Assembly: GCF_947568905.1 (NCBI RefSeq)
Contig: NC_079167.1
Span: 15,500,001-15,564,000 of the forward strand
Length of the DNA stretch: 64,000 nucleotides
Direction of reading: 5' to 3'
From: Ostrea edulis
Taxonomy: Eukaryota
In this document: in pieces, positions 62,066-64,000 of the stretch
How positions within the stretch are numbered: the first letter of the stretch is position 1
How the letters are laid out: each line of letters starts with the position of its first letter
The notes under the pieces: generated by a model
Told to the model about the DNA's origin: nothing
The model's input: only the letters and a program-made list of their open reading frames with translations
Databases searched by the model: none
Translations under genes and position numbers: made by a program

Positions 62066-62940
62066 CAAGACATACCTTCAAACATCTATTAAAGCCGGTC
62101 TATACAAGACAGACCTTTAGACATCTATTAAAGCTGTTCTATCCAAAACATACTTTCAGACATCTTTTAAAACTGGTCTATACAAGACATACCTTTAAGG
62201 CATCTATTAAAGCTGATCTATACAATACAGACCTTTAGACATGTATTAAAGCTGGTCTATACAAGACATACCTTCAGATATCTATTAAAACTGGTCTATA
62301 CAAGACATAGCTTCAGGCGTCTATTAAAGCTGGTCTATACAAGACAGACCTTCAGATATCTATTAAAGCTGATCTATACAAGACAGACCTTTAGACATCT
62401 ATTAAAACTGGTCTATACAAGACAGACCTTCAGACATCTATTAAAGCTGATCTATGCAATACAGACCTTTAGACATGTATTAAAACTGGTCTATACAAGA
62501 CATACCTTTAGACATCTATTAAAACTGGTCTATACAAGACATACTAGTGTTAAATCTAGGATCTAGAGAGGGCACACATATCATGTTTTCAAAAGGACAC
62601 TTTTCATTGCGGCAAGACAATTTCGGGGACTTTCATTGTATCACACTATGATAGTAATAGAATAATCATTTAGCCTCTTTAAAAGTTAGTACCTGCTGCC
62701 TTGATTATAAACTTTTCAATTAACCTTGTGAAACAAATATTTTTAGAAAATTTATAGAGAAAAAAGGACATGGTGCAATTAAAAAGGGCATGTTGTGGCG
62801 CCATGCTAGTTTGCTTTAGATTTAACACTACATACTTTTAGACATGTATTAAAGCTGTCTATCCAAGACAGACCTTTAGACGTCTATTAAAGGTGGTCTA
62901 TACAAGACATACCTTCAGACGTTTATAAAAGCTGGTCTGA
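62066..62940. repeat. 39-bp minisatellite, interrupted by a small TIR element
   Basis: Unit CAAGACATACCTTCAGACATCTATTAAAGCTGGTCTATA, period 39 (62066, 62105...). It resumes after 62830. Confidence 0.9.
62545..62830. mobile_element. 286-bp MITE
   Basis: 14-bp TIR TAGTGTTAAATCTA. 5-bp direct repeat CATAC at 62540-62544 and 62831-62835. Confidence 0.7.
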
Positions 62941-63825
62941 CTCAATCCAATTTTTCCTCCAGAGAGCTACAGTTCTGCTAAATTTAAGATCAGATTGTTT
63001 TGAAGTTTCAAAGAATTGATAGGAGGAGGGGTGTGTGTGTTTACAGATGAAGGGTGGGTGGAGAGATGTTTTTCGATCAGGAACATATTACTGGTTCATT
63101 TTATTGTATAAATTTTATGCATGCCATTGTCCAGTCACATCCTGTCGGAGTCACTGACTGTGGTAACACACACCAGTATAGCAATCTATGGTAGCCAGTC
63201 ATCTGTTGTCAGTAAGCAGTTGAACAACTTCCTCAAAATTGATTTAGGCACAGGAAAAAATTGAACTCGCAATTTATGGTTCAGTTACGCTACACTTTAT
63301 CCACTGATCTGCAATGATGTACAAACAAATTGATCAAAACAAATAATTTCATAAAACATTTAAATCTCCATCTTGCAATGCAGTGTCATAAAAAAATATA
63401 AATCTTGGTGTAATGAGCTACCTGGAAAAAAATCTGTTGACAACTTGTCTGTAGTGCTCAACTAGCAGTTATTCCATATCATACTGCAGACTATTCCCAT
63501 GGTTAAGAAAATATTTCCTTGCTGTCATTTTGTTCTTCCCCAAAAGACAAAAGTCATTTATTTCAAAACTTCAATTGAGGGAGTTAAATGATATTTTATT
63601 TTGCTGTTGATTCCAATGAAAATATAGTCCCTGGTAATTCAAGTTTCCTAAAGCCCATTTTAGCGTGAAATGTCAGAACTGAAGCAGGAAAGAGTAAAGT
63701 GGATCCATGACACATGTTTTAGAATTTAAGGAAATACATGCTCATATGATGCTTGTGCTCTAACTAATCTGAATTATGACAAGAATACATCATTAAAGGT
63801 ACATGCTCCAATTTTTATGCCCCCA

Positions 63826-63929
63826 AGATCGAAGGGGGGGGGGGGGGGGATATTGTTTTTGTCCTGTCTGTCATTCTGTAATTCTGTCTGAAACTTTAAC
63901 CCTGCTAATAACTTTTGAACAGTAAGTGA

Positions 63930-63961
<32 letters not shown>

Positions 63962-64000
63962 ATGACAAGACCTTTCCGTGGGTACCAACATTTTTGACCT
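63826..64000 (+). mobile_element. Start of a HINE/pearl-like element, truncated by the window end
   Basis: TTTTATGCCCCC start, G tract, GTCT microsatellite and a GATAGAGCTTTGATATTT...GACAAGACCTTTCC module. Confidence 0.5.

Overview
Eukaryotic, AT-rich, repeat-dense genomic DNA, most likely from an oyster-type bivalve. That host call is inferred from the ~165-bp satellite-bearing Helentron-like elements, the SINE families and the LINE/Gypsy types. Host genes: (1) the last four coding exons of a BPNT2/IMPAD1 Golgi PAP phosphatase (+, 2810-8316); (2) two divergently oriented, two-exon CABIT-domain (THEMIS/GAREM-like) paralogues (-, 15872-17587 and +, 23752-27314); (3) a decayed intronless ORF ending in an SH3 domain, split by a SINE (-, ~32904-34770). 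Mobile DNA dominates the rest. It includes a young full-length Gypsy LTR retrotransposon (48369-55929, 774-bp LTRs, ATAG TSD, tRNA-Leu PBS) carrying an extra C2H2 zinc-finger ORF in the env position, and an RTE LINE (37844-40977) whose 5' end starts exactly at the cleavage site of a twister ribozyme. It also includes a CR1-type LINE, Penelope-like fragments, four SINEs with TSDs, several TIR MITEs and minisatellites. The best leads are the zinc-finger ORF3 of the Gypsy element and the twister-defined 5' end of the RTE. All alignments and counts were made by eye; no database searches were run.
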